This document shows positions 32,670 to 45,660 of a DNA stretch of 64,000 nt, in pieces. Origin of the DNA: Licmophora abbreviata (lineage: Eukaryota); assembly GCA_900291995.1 (NCBI GenBank), contig OLMU01003345.1:1-64000 (forward strand). Reading direction: 5' to 3'. The notes under the pieces are model-generated. The model ran no database searches. It was given only the letters and a program-made list of their open reading frames with translations, and had not been told where the DNA came from. A program made the translations under genes and the position numbers. The stretch's first letter is position 1; each line of letters opens with the position of its first letter.

Positions 32670-35075
32670 TCAATCCGTCTTGGAAGACAGCATGACGTTG
32701 GTCGCACCAGCTCCTCCGACCGACCGTATCGAAAGCGCTAGTATCTTGACTGCCTTGCGAACGACTCCTTCCTCTTCTTCAAATTGTGCGTTGGGTCGAG
32801 AGATGGGGTCTCCAGCCTTATCGTTGTCGGCTGACTTTTCGGTCTTCGATGGACCGGCTGTTGGGACATGTGGCAGCTCCAACAAAGCAGAACGTATCGT
32901 CGACAAGCCGGACTCAACAACTGCCTTTGCATCCGAGTTGGATGCAATCACATCGTCCCACAGACTTGCAAGCTTGGGACACGATACGAGATAGTTTGCG
33001 AGCCGCGCAAAGTCGCTAATCAACTCTTTCGAGTGCTGTTCGAGCTGTTCTTGGGACGAATCAGAAGTAGCATTCGTTCGAATTTTGCGAATCTCCCCCA
33101 ATGCAGCAATCACCAGCTTGCACGTCAGCTGAAAACTGTCCAAACACACTAGTCGACAAAGATCAGGCGTCTGTACTGGCACATCAAGCGTGCCAGTGCT
33201 CTTCTTACTGAGATTCAGCCGTACCGTCCTGCCCGATGACAAGGTCGTTCCGAGCAAATTCCATAAAAGACCATCCACCACGTGCTCTTCTGCAAACGAC
33301 GGAACATGAAGGTGCTGCGAGAGTTCAGGCACTCGCCAGGCATACTTTCCAAGAATCGCTGGGCTCTGAAGACTCAAGACAAATAGGCATTGCAGCAGAT
33401 TCCTTCGCGCAAACATGGTGGTGGACGACGGCACTTTCTCATTCCGGGCGAAGCTCAATATCAAGGACCGAAAAAGGCCAGATGACAAGAGCAGCTGGGC
33501 GTCATCATTCGATACTTCTAAGGAGCCACCCGAAGCCAGAACCGTCCCATCGGGTTTTATGTTCGTCAATCTGTCCAACAGGGGCAATAGAGCAAGCACA
33601 ACCCTCGTCGTTGCCTCTGCGTCTTGTTGATGCTGCGTCTCCTCCAAGAGATTGGCTAGATCTTCACACGTTTCCAAAACACACCTTCTCAATCGTCGAG
33701 GATCCAGTCGATTACTGCTATTTGTTCCCCCCTGACAAAGTGCCGACAAGGACGACAGTCCCACACGTGTGGCGGGCGCAATCACTATGTCCTCACTGCT
33801 ACTGCCTGTGATAGACGTCGCCGCTGCATGGACGGCAATCAAACTCTGAAGCAACGTCAGATACTCGCTCCATACATCATGTCGCGAGGCGGCACGATCT
33901 CGCAATACAAAAAGAGGCTTCAGTCCAAGCTGTCGTAGTGACAAGAGCTGCTCTTTGTCGTTGTGCTGTTCTGATAATCCCAGTAACGACGGCTGCACCA
34001 ACAACAGCAACGTGAGTTGAGTCAGTAGATCCGACAAGTTCAATGCCTTCCACTCCGACTCTGACAAGCAGCCAAACTTGGAATAGGTCAACTCGCCAAG
34101 TAAGTTCCGAATGGAACGTCGAGCTTGCGACCAGGTGTTGGCTGGATTGGGCTTGGAGAGGAGGATGGGATCAAAGGCTTCTTCCGAAGGCCAGTCGTCA
34201 AGCTCTTGCAATGTCATCATCATCTGTGGATTTTCAGACTCGTACTCATAATCGGAAGGGTCCGACTCGGCGGCCCAAACTTCTTCCAAAGAATTTGCTG
34301 CTTCTGTATCGTCGTCTTCTTTATGCGGTTCACTTTCGTCTGTCTGAGGAACTGTACTAGAATCGTTCATCTGGTGCAATGATTCTGAAAGCGCTTGTAT
34401 CTTCTGTGAGTCATGCTGCTGTTGTTCTGTTCGTTGCTGCATCTCTCCTGGTCGCAGTTCCGACTCCTCCTCCGCCTCTTCGATTCCTCGCGGTCCAATA
34501 TAGGATCCCAAATACCGTTGTATCCGATAAAGCTGATCGTCGCTAGCACGACTACTGCCGTGATGATCCGCATGACAACATTGGAGGGGAATATGCACAA
34601 ACACGATTGTAGCCAAAGTTGCATATCCAGCAGCGCTTGCGACAGATGCTTCCGACAGTATCAGAGAAGATGGAGTAGCGGTACTACTGTCGCTAGTTCG
34701 AGTCCCATCGGACTCGTCTGCCGTTTCATGGGTCTTGTGTGTAGCAGTCGACGTAGCACCGTCTATTCGATGCGTCGCTTGCAAGAGTCCATCCACCATC
34801 CTTTCTGACAGAGCCAACACACCGTCGTCCACATCATCACTTCTACTACCAGTCTTCGCTGTTGTTTCTCGTTTCTTCAGTAAGGCTTCCCCTAAGGCGT
34901 GCAAGGACGCATCACTGTCGACCCGCGGGTCGTCATAACAGAGTGCGGTGTAGGCCTTTCGAGCGCGTTGTTGTTTGGAAAGAGGTTTCGTCGTTTGTTC
35001 TTCTTGTTGTTGTTCCATCAAGGCGTCGGCTAGGGCCTTGCTGTAGTCGTTGATGCTGTCACTACTCATGGTCAT
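32670..35075 (-). CDS. Hypothetical 801-aa protein with a Leu-rich helical C-terminal half
   Basis: Long single ORF. No domain recognised. Confidence 0.75.
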   Translation of the reverse strand: MTMSSDSINDYSKALADALMEQQQEEQTTKPLSKQQRARKAYTALCYDDPRVDSDASLHALGEALLKKRETTAKTGSRSDDVDDGVLALSERMVDGLLQATHRIDGATSTATHKTHETADESDGTRTSDSSTATPSSLILSEASVASAAGYATLATIVFVHIPLQCCHADHHGSSRASDDQLYRIQRYLGSYIGPRGIEEAEEESELRPGEMQQRTEQQQHDSQKIQALSESLHQMNDSSTVPQTDESEPHKEDDDTEAANSLEEVWAAESDPSDYEYESENPQMMMTLQELDDWPSEEAFDPILLSKPNPANTWSQARRSIRNLLGELTYSKFGCLSESEWKALNLSDLLTQLTLLLLVQPSLLGLSEQHNDKEQLLSLRQLGLKPLFVLRDRAASRHDVWSEYLTLLQSLIAVHAAATSITGSSSEDIVIAPATRVGLSSLSALCQGGTNSSNRLDPRRLRRCVLETCEDLANLLEETQHQQDAEATTRVVLALLPLLDRLTNIKPDGTVLASGGSLEVSNDDAQLLLSSGLFRSLILSFARNEKVPSSTTMFARRNLLQCLFVLSLQSPAILGKYAWRVPELSQHLHVPSFAEEHVVDGLLWNLLGTTLSSGRTVRLNLSKKSTGTLDVPVQTPDLCRLVCLDSFQLTCKLVIAALGEIRKIRTNATSDSSQEQLEQHSKELISDFARLANYLVSCPKLASLWDDVIASNSDAKAVVESGLSTIRSALLELPHVPTAGPSKTEKSADNDKAGDPISRPNAQFEEEEGVVRKAVKILALSIRSVGGAGATNVMLSSKTD

Positions 35076-35363
35076 TGCGGATTGATTCTGTTATTGCTCG
35101 TCATGTTCACATTGTTGTCTAGTCTTTTCTGATTTTGGAAGAAGCAAAATGGACGGCGGTCGAACCAAACATCGAAGTTGGGAATCAGGAATGTTTGCTG
35201 TGAACTTCTGATTGCTAGTTTTCTATTCGTTTACACCAATGCCGTATTCCTTCTACATACGTACACTTCAGTAGCAAACCTACGAAGCCAGCCAAGTGAC
35301 CGTCCTCTTTGCAGAAAGGAAAAAAATCACACAAAATTCAATCGACAACGACAACACCCGACC

Positions 35364-38300
35364 ATGGTACGACGACGAAGCAACAACGCCTCTGCTTCTC
35401 CATCAGCGAAAGCAGCAGCGACTCCACACCACCACCACCATCATCGTGCACGAGGGGGTGCTCTGGTAGCCCAATGCAGTGTGACATCTCCTGATACTCC
35501 GAATAATAACGGCACCAAGCAACCACACTTTTTTGGCACTGCCAAGCCCCGAATCGGAAGTCAGTATCAAACCAAGGTTCCTAAAAGAAAGCCGACTGCA
35601 GATGATCATGACGTCCTGTTTGATCGTCCAAATCCGGATAAAATGTCGGTTGAATATCCCAATTGTACCAAGGAGCAGCATGAAGAGGCCATGAGAACGA
35701 TAGAGGACCCAGCACAAGGTGAGGAGACTACAGGGGATGGGCTGTATACAAGAATGCGTCGAACCAGACCAGAAGTGAGAATCCTGGTCAATGATAAGGA
35801 TTTCACAAAGCTGTGGATACCAAAATACCCTGGAAAGCACCAAGTGCCCCCTTTTTTGTCGGAGGAGGATCCAGAATACGCCAGGACCATGTGATCCTGC
35901 CAACCAAAACTAGCACGGCTGTACGCGAGCGTAGTCATCGTACGGGGGTTCTCTCTCTCTCTTTTTCTCTGGTTTCTGGTCTTTTTCTTGAAACACAGAC
36001 ACGTACACTCACCCTGCTATATTCTCTTTCATTGAATCCATCGTTTTGCGTGGGATTACGTATCATAGTTGCCATCATGGCTCGTCATGCCGCAGTCTCA
36101 CCAGGTTATGGGCGTGTACCAGCACAACAACGACGACGACAAGGCGGTCTTTGCGTCCATCGACCCAACAGCCACGCAGACAGCTCCTACCTTTCCTTTG
36201 CTCATCCCCTTGTTTCTTGCGTTCCACCGACAACACATGACGACGACGACGACGATATGGAAATGTGGAAACAAGAAATGATTCAACGCCATGGTTCTCA
36301 TGCGACGAACAGCAGCAGTGGTGACGGTGCGAAACGTCGTCGAGTGCGCAACCAGAAACGAAAGCGTTCTGAGGATCGAACGAATCATTCCTTCGCCACG
36401 GCAGTCATTTCGTCCTCGGCACCGCTTGAGGGTGATGCTGCAGTACTGGAACACTTGACGGTACGACACGATGGCAATGCTCAAGCAGCGAAGCTGGCTG
36501 TCATGGTGGACATGTCGGCAGGAAGAGGTATGTGAATAAATGATTTCAATGCAGTTGTGTTCTTCGAGTCGAAAGGCTGCTTTGCTAATCACTAACGTTC
36601 TGTTCTTCTGCTTCCTGACACAGCATCCAAGGCTCGCAAGATTCTACAAAAGGAACTCTATGCCAGTCGCTTCCGTAGACCTCCGACCACGTGTTCCCAA
36701 TCATGGATTATGCGTCTTGAACGCACTTATCCCGAACTCTTGGGGGACTTGAGATGTGATGCGACGTATCGCGCGTATCCATACCGTTGCGATGATGAAA
36801 ATGACGGTAGTACACAAGACATCTCATCATTGTCCGAAAAACAAACGTGGGATGAGGACGACCTCAAGGGCATATGGAGGTCTATTCTTGCATATGGTCA
36901 AGAAATGGAGCGCGACTTGAGCAATGGCGGCAGCAGAAGGCTGATGCTATCGGGCATTGCGAACTTTTTCCGTCGCGCGCGCTCACTGCCGCTCCCGGAA
37001 GAGGCGTTTGGGACGCGCCATTTGCTAGTGGAAGGCATTTCGGACTGCTTTCATAACTTGTTGGATTTCAGTTCCAAGGCGAGAAATGTGCAAGCGAAAC
37101 TTTTGGATCTATTGTATGATAACGACAACGGCGAGAGTGGTGTGGATATGGAAGCTGTGCAGAAGTATCTGGTAGAAATACCAACATTGTGCAATATCAA
37201 ATTGGACGAAGAAGCTGTTGTAAAGGAACAGTTGGAACTTTATGCTGACTGGAAGAGCAGACTGGAGCAGCTGGCGCGTGATCAAGAGAATGACGATGAA
37301 GGCGATACTGGCGCTGCTGCTGCTTCTTCTATGGAAGAGGAGGGCCATCGCGATGACTTGGCGGCCGCGGAACTGTTGGCAATGGAGGGCGTAACCAAGT
37401 TAGCCTTTCGTTCCAAGGATCTTGTGCTACTGGAGAAGCGAATCGAGAAGGCCCATCGACTTGCGGATCGAATCCTGGCCCGAAAGGAGGTAAACATGTT
37501 GTGCCGGATATTAGTGTCAGTCTCCCTGGTTGTTGATGCTATAGAGATGTTCATCTGTTCACACACTTTGTTGTTGCAACCGCAGTCCATTGAACAAGGC
37601 AAGAAAGAGACGATAAAATCTGTCGCCAGTCTGGTTCGAGAAGCAAATCGAATAAATCTCTGTTCGCCAGAAGTGACCGAGCTGATATTGTTCCATCGGG
37701 CTGTATTGGAATGGGTGGAGCGAGCGAACATTGCAATTCGCAGCAGAATGTCTTTGTCGGAGATCGAATTGCTGATTGAGCGAGCAAACTCTATGCCATT
37801 GGTTCTTTCAGAGTTTGTAGACAAATTATGCTCGAGGCGGGATATGGCGATAGCTTGGATTGAACAGCTGGAAGAGGTTGTGCCTCGTCCCTTGCAAGAC
37901 GAGAACAGTGTCGATAGTTTGCAGTGGATGTCTTGCATGAGACATGCTCTAAGATCAAGCGAGAAGCGAAAGCTAACGCACCTGCAGGACTTGGCTTCGG
38001 AAGGAACCCGTATCCCCGTGGAGATCGATAGCGTCAAAATGCTACTCTCCGAGATTGACGCTAAGAATTGGAGTGTCAAGGCTAAGAAATGGGTTCCTGT
38101 TGTGGTTGTATCAGATGACGGGGAGTCCACGACGGGCGTGAAGGCAAAACTTGAAGACTTGCGTGATCACCTCGAAAAAGGCGAAGCCCTGCGCGAGAAA
38201 CTTACGTTATCTTCCGCTGAACGGGAAACGTGGACACTTGACGGAGAAGACGAGCTCTGGTCCATTGTGAACTCTGCCGAGGACTGGTTCGAAAAGGTAA

Positions 38301-41300
38301 GTTCCTTGTTCCGTTTGCCCCCCTCCCCCCCCCCCCCCATTCTATTGGCTGGTACTTGTCGTGTGCTCAACATAAGGATGCTTTCTTGCACAGTATCAAA
38401 CCTATCTCCAGTATGACAGTCGGCGTAGCACGGAGGAGAAAGTATGCTTGTCGGTGCCAAAGCTTCGACAGATTGTTAAGGAAATGCAGACCATTCATGC
38501 AAACATTGGAAGTGTCGCGAAGAAGATGGCGCGAATTCTCGCTCAGGCTGAGGCATGGTTCGAGCAGTTTTTTGGCCTTTTAGTTCGATGTGGTTTGCTG
38601 AAGTCCGACACTCTGGACCTCCCTGCAAGTCCAGTAACACTCGAAGAGATCATGTCAGCAGTCAGTATTGCAGAGGCCGATGTATCTCTTGGCTTGGACG
38701 AAGCATATGAGTTGAAAGCTCTCGGCGATAGAATTCAAATCTGGACTGACAGAGTAGAGAACGCGGCTCCAAAGAGGAGTAAGCGCATAGGGAAAGGGCG
38801 GTATTCGAAGACGGTCAGATACTCTGTCAGTGAGCTGGTGGGTCTAATCGATGAGTCAAACCATCTACCCATTAGAACGGATGAGGAGATTGATCGGTTG
38901 TCGAAGCAACTTGATCGTGCTCGGCAATGGCAGCTTGAGGCCCAGAAGGAACTGAAGGACATCACAGTTGGATTCCAGGAGCTGCGTCAAGCCGTCGACT
39001 TGGCCTATGGGCCCCCAAAAGAATTCTACTCCGAAGAGAGCAGAGGAAATGACGTCGGATTCAAGGCATGCCAAGAGGAAGAAGTCTCGACTTCAAACGA
39101 TGATGGGGTGTTGACAACGTCGGTCTGCTGTGAGACTCTCCATGCGGAAGACAACTCCTTGACAGACTCTGCATCGATTCCTGGTTCTGAAACTGATTCT
39201 CAATCTCATTCAAAGCTCGGCAGCGGTGGAAGTGGCGTCCATAAAATGATCTCATCCTTGCTCAAAGACGCAAGATCGACGGCAGTGTACACTGCAGAGG
39301 AAGAAGCAGCAGAGGTTTTAGAGACTGTCGCAAGGTGGAGTTTAAAATCTATTTCATACATCGACTCTCCAAGGGACGTCTACGACAAGAAGACTTTTAT
39401 CCCCTTCGACAAGTTTGTTCAGGCTGGCCATGAACTCCTCGCTTCCCGAGAACAGTTTGCCTGCGAGATAGCAGCAGCTGATTCAACTCTTATTCCAGTC
39501 CTAACCAGCAGCTGGGGGAACGCTGTGTCAGACCAGTTGGTTCGTCTTCAAGCACTGCAAGCCCATAGAAACGAATTCATTGAATGGTCGAAAGCTGCAC
39601 AAGCGACCATCTCTGGAAACGAGAAGAGAGCAACGTTGAACGAGATCAAGAAGATTTTTGACCAAAGCGACGAATATCCATCTAGTAAGTTGTATCGCTC
39701 ATTCGCTATACACCTGAAGCTAAGTCCACTCATCGCAATGCGCGTTCATTTTTGCAGGCTCTGACTTAGTTCAGAAGGTTCGCAATCTTGCTGATAAGGC
39801 GTCGAAATGGACAGAGACTGTGAAAGAGATTCTTGAATCCGGCGAGAAGCTTTCCTTCGACGATGCCAAGGACATGGTCGATGACGGCGAGAAATTAAAA
39901 TTCGCCAGCGAGGAGCTCAAAACTCTGCGAAATGCACTGCGAAGCGCTCGCTCATGGGCCAAGAGAGTAAGAAAAAGTAAGATTGACCAGGGCGGTGCGC
40001 ACGTCACAGAAGTTCAGGATCTTGTTGCAGAACACGATGCTCTGCTGATTTGTATGCCTGAAGATATGGCACGCTTGAAGCAGGCCATGCAAGGATACTG
40101 CATCTGCAGGCGTCCCTACGAAGGGTTCATGATCGGGTGCGATGGTTGTGAGGAGTGGTATCATGGTCCTTGCATAGGTGTGTCCGAGTCACAAGCAGAT
40201 CGATACGACAAATATCTCTGCGTCCGCTGTTCGACGAAACGGGCCTTCATGGCCAGCGCTACTGTGGTTGCGTTGGTGGTGCGAAAGTGGTCGAGCGAAA
40301 AGGAGCTAAAAAAAGCGAGGCAGGTCGATGCACAGAAGCACCAGAGAAAAGTTCGAAAGGAAAAGCGGGACATTGAGAAATACGCAGAGAAATTCGAATC
40401 TTTAAATCGACATGCCCGGAAAGCGAAGGAGGAGGGAGCACGGGAAATGTCTGTGGATCCCAGCGTTGTTGACACAGTGGCATTGTCTACTCGTAGTGAA
40501 TACGAATCCGTCCCCATGTCGTCGCTGTTGATGCCGCCGAACCAAAGCGAAGGTGACGAGGAGACCGTTATGGCACTCACCCAGGGGAGCGATACCATGT
40601 CGGATGCTTGCCACCTGGAGAATTCAGAGGAGGTGACGCATTCGAATGTACGAGAACAGCCTCCATCACAACCGAACGGTTCAAGCCCGGAATTTTCGAA
40701 GATCAGGGAAGCCGTCCAGGCATGCGAGAGCAGACTTGGCGTGCTGACTGTGGCAGCAGAAGAGCGACGGAAGCTAGAAGGCCGCGAAGACGAGAAGAAA
40801 GACCTTATACGCGCTTGGGGTGTCAGGGTCAGATCCTTGATCATTGTCCCATCGACAACGGAGCAAGCGCAGAAGGGCCGACCGAATGAGGATGGAACGC
40901 TCTCAGAGCCAATGATGAATGTGCTTAGAGATGCTGAAGTTGTCGGTATTTCGGAGCTGCCCGACGTCATACAAGTGGAGAATGCTTTTTACTCTATTGC
41001 CTGGGCTTGCCATGCTATGTCGATGCTTGCGAAGCGTCCGAGCATTTCTGACCTGAACTCGGTTGTGTCTCATGGATCTAATATCAAAATGACAGACGAA
41101 AAGGCATTCCGAATGATGAGAGCAATGCTTAACCGTGCATCCCAATGGCAAATCAAAGTGGAAAAAGCCCTTGCTCCTAGACCCGAAGAAACCAGGTCAA
41201 TCAATGTAGACCTTCTCAAGGATCTTGCCGACGGCGCGGACAGCATCCCCTTCCAGATGCCGGAGAAACCTCGTCTATTGAATGTAATTGACGACAAAGG

Positions 41301-42447
41301 CAATCGACATTGCCTTTGTGGGGGGCCTCACGTTGGTTCCTTGATGGTATGTTGTGACGGCCGCTGCGAAAGATGGTATCACAGCCACTGTGTTGGAATC
41401 GACAAGAATGACAGCGAAAGATTGGAAAATTGGATGTGCCCATCCTGCAGCCAGATTCCTGTCGATTTTCAGCAGCCAGCCTCACTCATGGATTTTGAGA
41501 TCGTGGACGAAGAGTCTGACTGTGAAAGTGACAGCTTTGTCGTACCGCCACACGCTCCACTTCCTGAGAAGTTGTGGCCACCATTTGATCTGCTAGGCTC
41601 TTCAACGGCGCTGGAAGCTCTCGGGGTCGACTGCAGCTCCATCCCGGACGATACCCTCCCTCTACAATTCCACCTTTCATCTCAGCATACAACGAATGGA
41701 TACACGCATGCCGTGAATGCGCCTAAGATCGCTACTATGGGGGAAGATATGAAGCTTGCACCGTGCTATCTGCCTTTGCAGGCAGGTTTAAATCTCTCGT
41801 ATGTCGGCACGCCTATCGATGCTCACCTGGAAAACATGAACTATCTCTTGGTTCCCCCTGAAGTGCCGTCGACGAAGAGGGTCGATTGTGATGCGATTCT
41901 TCAGCACAGTTCTGTTACAGAGCCTGCACCGGCCCGCAAGATCGACGAGGAGAAGGCTGATGAACCTGTACCAGCGATGATACCGAAATCCTCCTACGGA
42001 AGTACCGAGATGCAGAACCGAGAAGCTGATGCAGGGTCAGCTGACCTCTCAAAACAGGAGATATCGATTAATGAATCGCATGGGAGCGAGCTTCCGACCG
42101 TGGCTGTTCCTCCATCGGTCGACCTACCCGAACATTCCCACCACACCAGGTTCAAGACTCGTGTCGAACAATCGGCGTCCTCGGAAATGAATGTCGAAGC
42201 TGACCCCGTGCTTGTGACTTCCGAGAGCTCTCTTGACGAAAAGAATGCGCCTACATTAGACGAGCTAACAGAGCACGTTTTGAGCAATGACAATGATGCA
42301 CACCAAGGAAATAGTGCGGTCCCGGACAGTTCGATGCGTAAGAGCGGCCACATAGATGTACTAGAGGAATTATCGCTTCAAAGTAAGCCAGCCGCCGACC
42401 GAATGCTCGCCGTTCAAGAGATACAGGCTGAAGCTAACAGAAGCTAG
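35364..42447 (+). CDS. Large chromatin protein with an ELM2-like motif, PLU-1-like helical repeats and two PHD fingers
   Basis: Proposed exons 35364-35718, 35811-35939, 36069-36527, 36624-37489, 37586-38296, 38394-39684 and 39758-42447; the first two introns are less certain. Motifs PRIGSQYQTKVP, PHD YCICRRP..MIGCDGCEEWYHGPC..C and PHD HCLCGG..CCDGRCERWYHSHC..WMCPSC. Confidence 0.8.
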
Positions 42448-42601
42448 CTACCATGCTACTACCAGACACCAGATAAACTGCCTAGATTTAGACGACATTG
42501 GTCGGACTATTGAAATGATACATTGTGAAATTATGCTGTATGTTGTAACTGCCCCCTTATTGCGCACCGCCTGCCCTAATAACAGATGCTTCCCCACCAC
42601 C

Positions 42602-43330
42602 TCATGGCCCTCCGCGCCGCCCATAGAATACACCGTTCAAAACGCTGCTGGAAGATGCAGTAGCCGACTCGCTGCATCCCTCGCATGCTTCCTCCTGGGT
42701 GGGCGGGGATGGGGGTGGTGAGGGCATTGGGGTAGGATGCTTTGAAGAGTACCTGTTATGATACCCTTTCCATCGTTTCTTCCCTTTCTTGCCCGACTTG
42801 CTGCTGCCACCTTTTCCTTTTTTGCCATCATGCTTGCTAGACTTCTTGCCTTTGCCACCGGGAGACGTGGAAACACTTCCAGGAGAATTGAAGGAGGTCG
42901 ACGCACCACCGAGAGAACTGCCGGAACCGTCGCCTATTCTATACGTTTTTTCGCCACCACGGAGCTTCTTATTCTCGGCGCTCACCCCATTATTATTCCC
43001 CCTGCGCCGATGGAAACTGTTCTTGTTGATGAAGAGATTTGTGAATGCATGGGAAGATGATATTGATGTTGTTTCACCTGCTGCTGCTGCTGCTGATGAT
43101 GATGATGATGTGGACTCGGCAGTGGTCGTCGTCAGGGCAGAGTTTGTGACACCTGTCGGCCCCCCTCGACCACGAGTATAGGAAGCGAGACTACGCAGTA
43201 GCACTGGGTATTCGCCCTTGTGTTCTCGATTCGTGTTGTTGTCCTCCTCAGCTCCACCTCCAAGACAGTTTCCCGACTGGAGTGACAGGGCACAGAAGAT
43301 AGTTACGAAACAGAGAGTTGTTCTCCGCAT
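42602..43330 (-). CDS. Secreted low-complexity Ser/Gly/Lys-rich, silaffin-like protein
   Basis: Signal peptide MRRTTLCFVTIFCALSL; RSL and KLRG motifs; Ser/Thr tracts; Lys cluster GKGKKSSKHDGKKGKGGSSKSGKKGKK; Pro-rich tail. Confidence 0.7.
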   Translation of the reverse strand: MRRTTLCFVTIFCALSLQSGNCLGGGAEEDNNTNREHKGEYPVLLRSLASYTRGRGGPTGVTNSALTTTTAESTSSSSSAAAAAGETTSISSSHAFTNLFINKNSFHRRRGNNNGVSAENKKLRGGEKTYRIGDGSGSSLGGASTSFNSPGSVSTSPGGKGKKSSKHDGKKGKGGSSKSGKKGKKRWKGYHNRYSSKHPTPMPSPPPSPPTQEEACEGCSESATASSSSVLNGVFYGRRGGP

Positions 43331-43814
43331 GTTGGTAGCACCATGCAATTGCTCCTTTTAGAAAGACCGAGCTCCTCTACTCGTCATGTATGTGTCGGCG
43401 GGGACTTGCAAGCTCAATAAATCCAAAGAAATACTTTGATGTAGATGCCAGGCGAGAAGACGATTTTGTGATTTTGTGGCGACCAGCCCAAATAGAACGA
43501 AATTTCATGTTTGGGCTTGATTGATATTTTGAACCTTAATAAGAAATGACAAATATTCACTGTATCATAGTATACGTATGATATATACGAGTAGACGTAG
43601 CATTTATTCTCTCTCGAGGTCCGAGCTCGCAGGACAGCGCTCAACGCCTGGCCTACAATCCTACTCGTACTCAGCTTCTTGGATCTAACTCAAAGGACAT
43701 CGTTTCTTGTATTACTCATATCAGAATTGATCTTTAATGCTAAACAATCATCGCAATCATGCGACGGCGCGACGGCATAACACCAAGAAAAATCTGTGCG
43801 GTGTGTCTGCAACC

Positions 43815-45542
43815 ATGACGGACAAGATGGCAGATGAAGGGGCGCCCGTGGACGTCCACTTGATGTATATCTCTTCTTACGACGCTCTGCACACTAGAAG
43901 CGTTGATCAGAACATCCCAGCGGAGTGGAATGACCGCCCTCCGCTGTTTCCGATGAGTCGAGCACGACAAAGCGACCACGAGACCTTGCTCAAGGGGATG
44001 GTTCGTCGAGGAGTCCCTCCGGCGTTGCGATGTGCTGTTTGGATATCATCGGTGGTGAGATCGTGTCATTCACACCAGCCTGATGAGTACTCGGACGAGT
44101 ATCGAACACTGGGAAAGGCTAGAGCTTTAGACTACGCGTGGGACTCCGTGCTCCGGCAGTGCTTTTCGACCGAGGAGGAGAAACGCGACACAGTCTCCCC
44201 CACGTTCGGTGCAGATCTCCCGCGACTACTCGGACTGTTGAATGACATTTCGGAAAAGGGAGAGCGTAGCTTGACGCAGGTCCTCTGTGCGTTGGAACAC
44301 GTGGTGGGCCTCGATTTTGCTCCTCTCTTTCCAGCGCTTGCCATGATCTGTTTGCACTACATGTCGGAGTCGTTCTGCTTTTGCACGCTTCGTGAAATGT
44401 CCGCCAACTCCTCCTGGTACCTTCCCACTGGTCCTCTTGAACATTATGCGTGGTGTAGAGCCTTTGCAGATGTCTTGCACCGTCTTCACCCCCAAACGGC
44501 TGCGGCCATGAGAGACAATGGTAGCCTCAGTCCTGAAGGACTCGATCCCATATTCAGGTACTTCTTTTTTCCGATTCTCCCCATTCACCATGTCATGCGC
44601 ATTATGGATGTATATACGCTGGAGGGATCCAAAGTAATGTTTCGATTTGGTGTCGCCTTGTTGTGTCTCTTTAAGAAGGATCTCAAAGAAATGGAACTAC
44701 AGACATCGGACGAGTGGTGGACCGCCTTGCGGGAATATACACACGCACCATCCTTCTCCATGGAACTCTTGATCAAAAAGGCCTACGGTTACCATGGAAG
44801 TCGACGACGACGGCGGGTGCGCTTCCCTCGTCGTCATATTTTGGCCCGCATCATCAAACTGGAAGAGGAGCGAGCGATGCAAGATGGAGATTTCGACCCT
44901 GCCCAACTTGCGGCTCCACCTCGACCACTGGGCCTCGTGCAGGGGCAAGAGGCCATACTGGCCAAGTCGACGTCGGTTCGTACCAGTCTGGCATCTTGGT
45001 TACCACTGAGTCTACGCATGACCAAGCTGGATCTGATTTACTCGACGAGCACACACGGACGCACGTTGGAACGATTTTATGCCCACGTCTCGCCCCACAA
45101 GCATACCTTTCTTTTGTGTCAAGTGCTCGAAACCAATGCCACCATTGGCATGTTTGCATCACAGGCATGGCATGTGAGTGCACGTGTTTATGGTGATGGC
45201 GGGTGCTTCTTGTTTCGAGCCCAACCAGATCCGGCCGGTTATCACTGGAAACCTGCAAAGGTGTCACAAGAGGACGATCTTACGCAACACGAACACACAG
45301 CACTATTGGAACAGTTCATGGTGGCACGCAAACAGTTCATCAGCATGGGCGGCAACTCAGATGGGACGAGCGGTCTTCGATTGAATGAAGACTTGACTAA
45401 AGGCGAGAGTGCACCTGCAGAAGGCTTCCACAATGAGCCACTGGCGGGGAATGTCGGCCGTGTCTTTGAAATTGGCTTGGTGGAAGTGTACAGACTTGTA
45501 CGACAGGTGGATGGCAAGGGCATTGATGACATTGAATTCTAA
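43815..45542 (+). CDS. TBC (Rab-GAP) + TLDc domain protein (TBC1D24-like)
   Basis: TBC motifs LKGMVRRGVPPALRCAVW and RIMDVYTLEGSKVMFRFG. TLDc motifs LIYSTSTHGRTLERFY, YGDGGCFLF, LRLNEDLTKG and FHNEPL. An upstream ATG at 43737 is possible. Confidence 0.9.
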   Translation: MTDKMADEGAPVDVHLMYISSYDALHTRSVDQNIPAEWNDRPPLFPMSRARQSDHETLLKGMVRRGVPPALRCAVWISSVVRSCHSHQPDEYSDEYRTLGKARALDYAWDSVLRQCFSTEEEKRDTVSPTFGADLPRLLGLLNDISEKGERSLTQVLCALEHVVGLDFAPLFPALAMICLHYMSESFCFCTLREMSANSSWYLPTGPLEHYAWCRAFADVLHRLHPQTAAAMRDNGSLSPEGLDPIFRYFFFPILPIHHVMRIMDVYTLEGSKVMFRFGVALLCLFKKDLKEMELQTSDEWWTALREYTHAPSFSMELLIKKAYGYHGSRRRRRVRFPRRHILARIIKLEEERAMQDGDFDPAQLAAPPRPLGLVQGQEAILAKSTSVRTSLASWLPLSLRMTKLDLIYSTSTHGRTLERFYAHVSPHKHTFLLCQVLETNATIGMFASQAWHVSARVYGDGGCFLFRAQPDPAGYHWKPAKVSQEDDLTQHEHTALLEQFMVARKQFISMGGNSDGTSGLRLNEDLTKGESAPAEGFHNEPLAGNVGRVFEIGLVEVYRLVRQVDGKGIDDIEF

Positions 45543-45660
45543 CAGCCGCACAAGAGCAATCAATAAGATAGAGTAGAGGCTCAGAGCGAATCAATTGGTG
45601 CATAATGAGTTAAAACGTTGGTCGCTTACTTTCATCTCGCACAGTAACATCGAATCGCAA

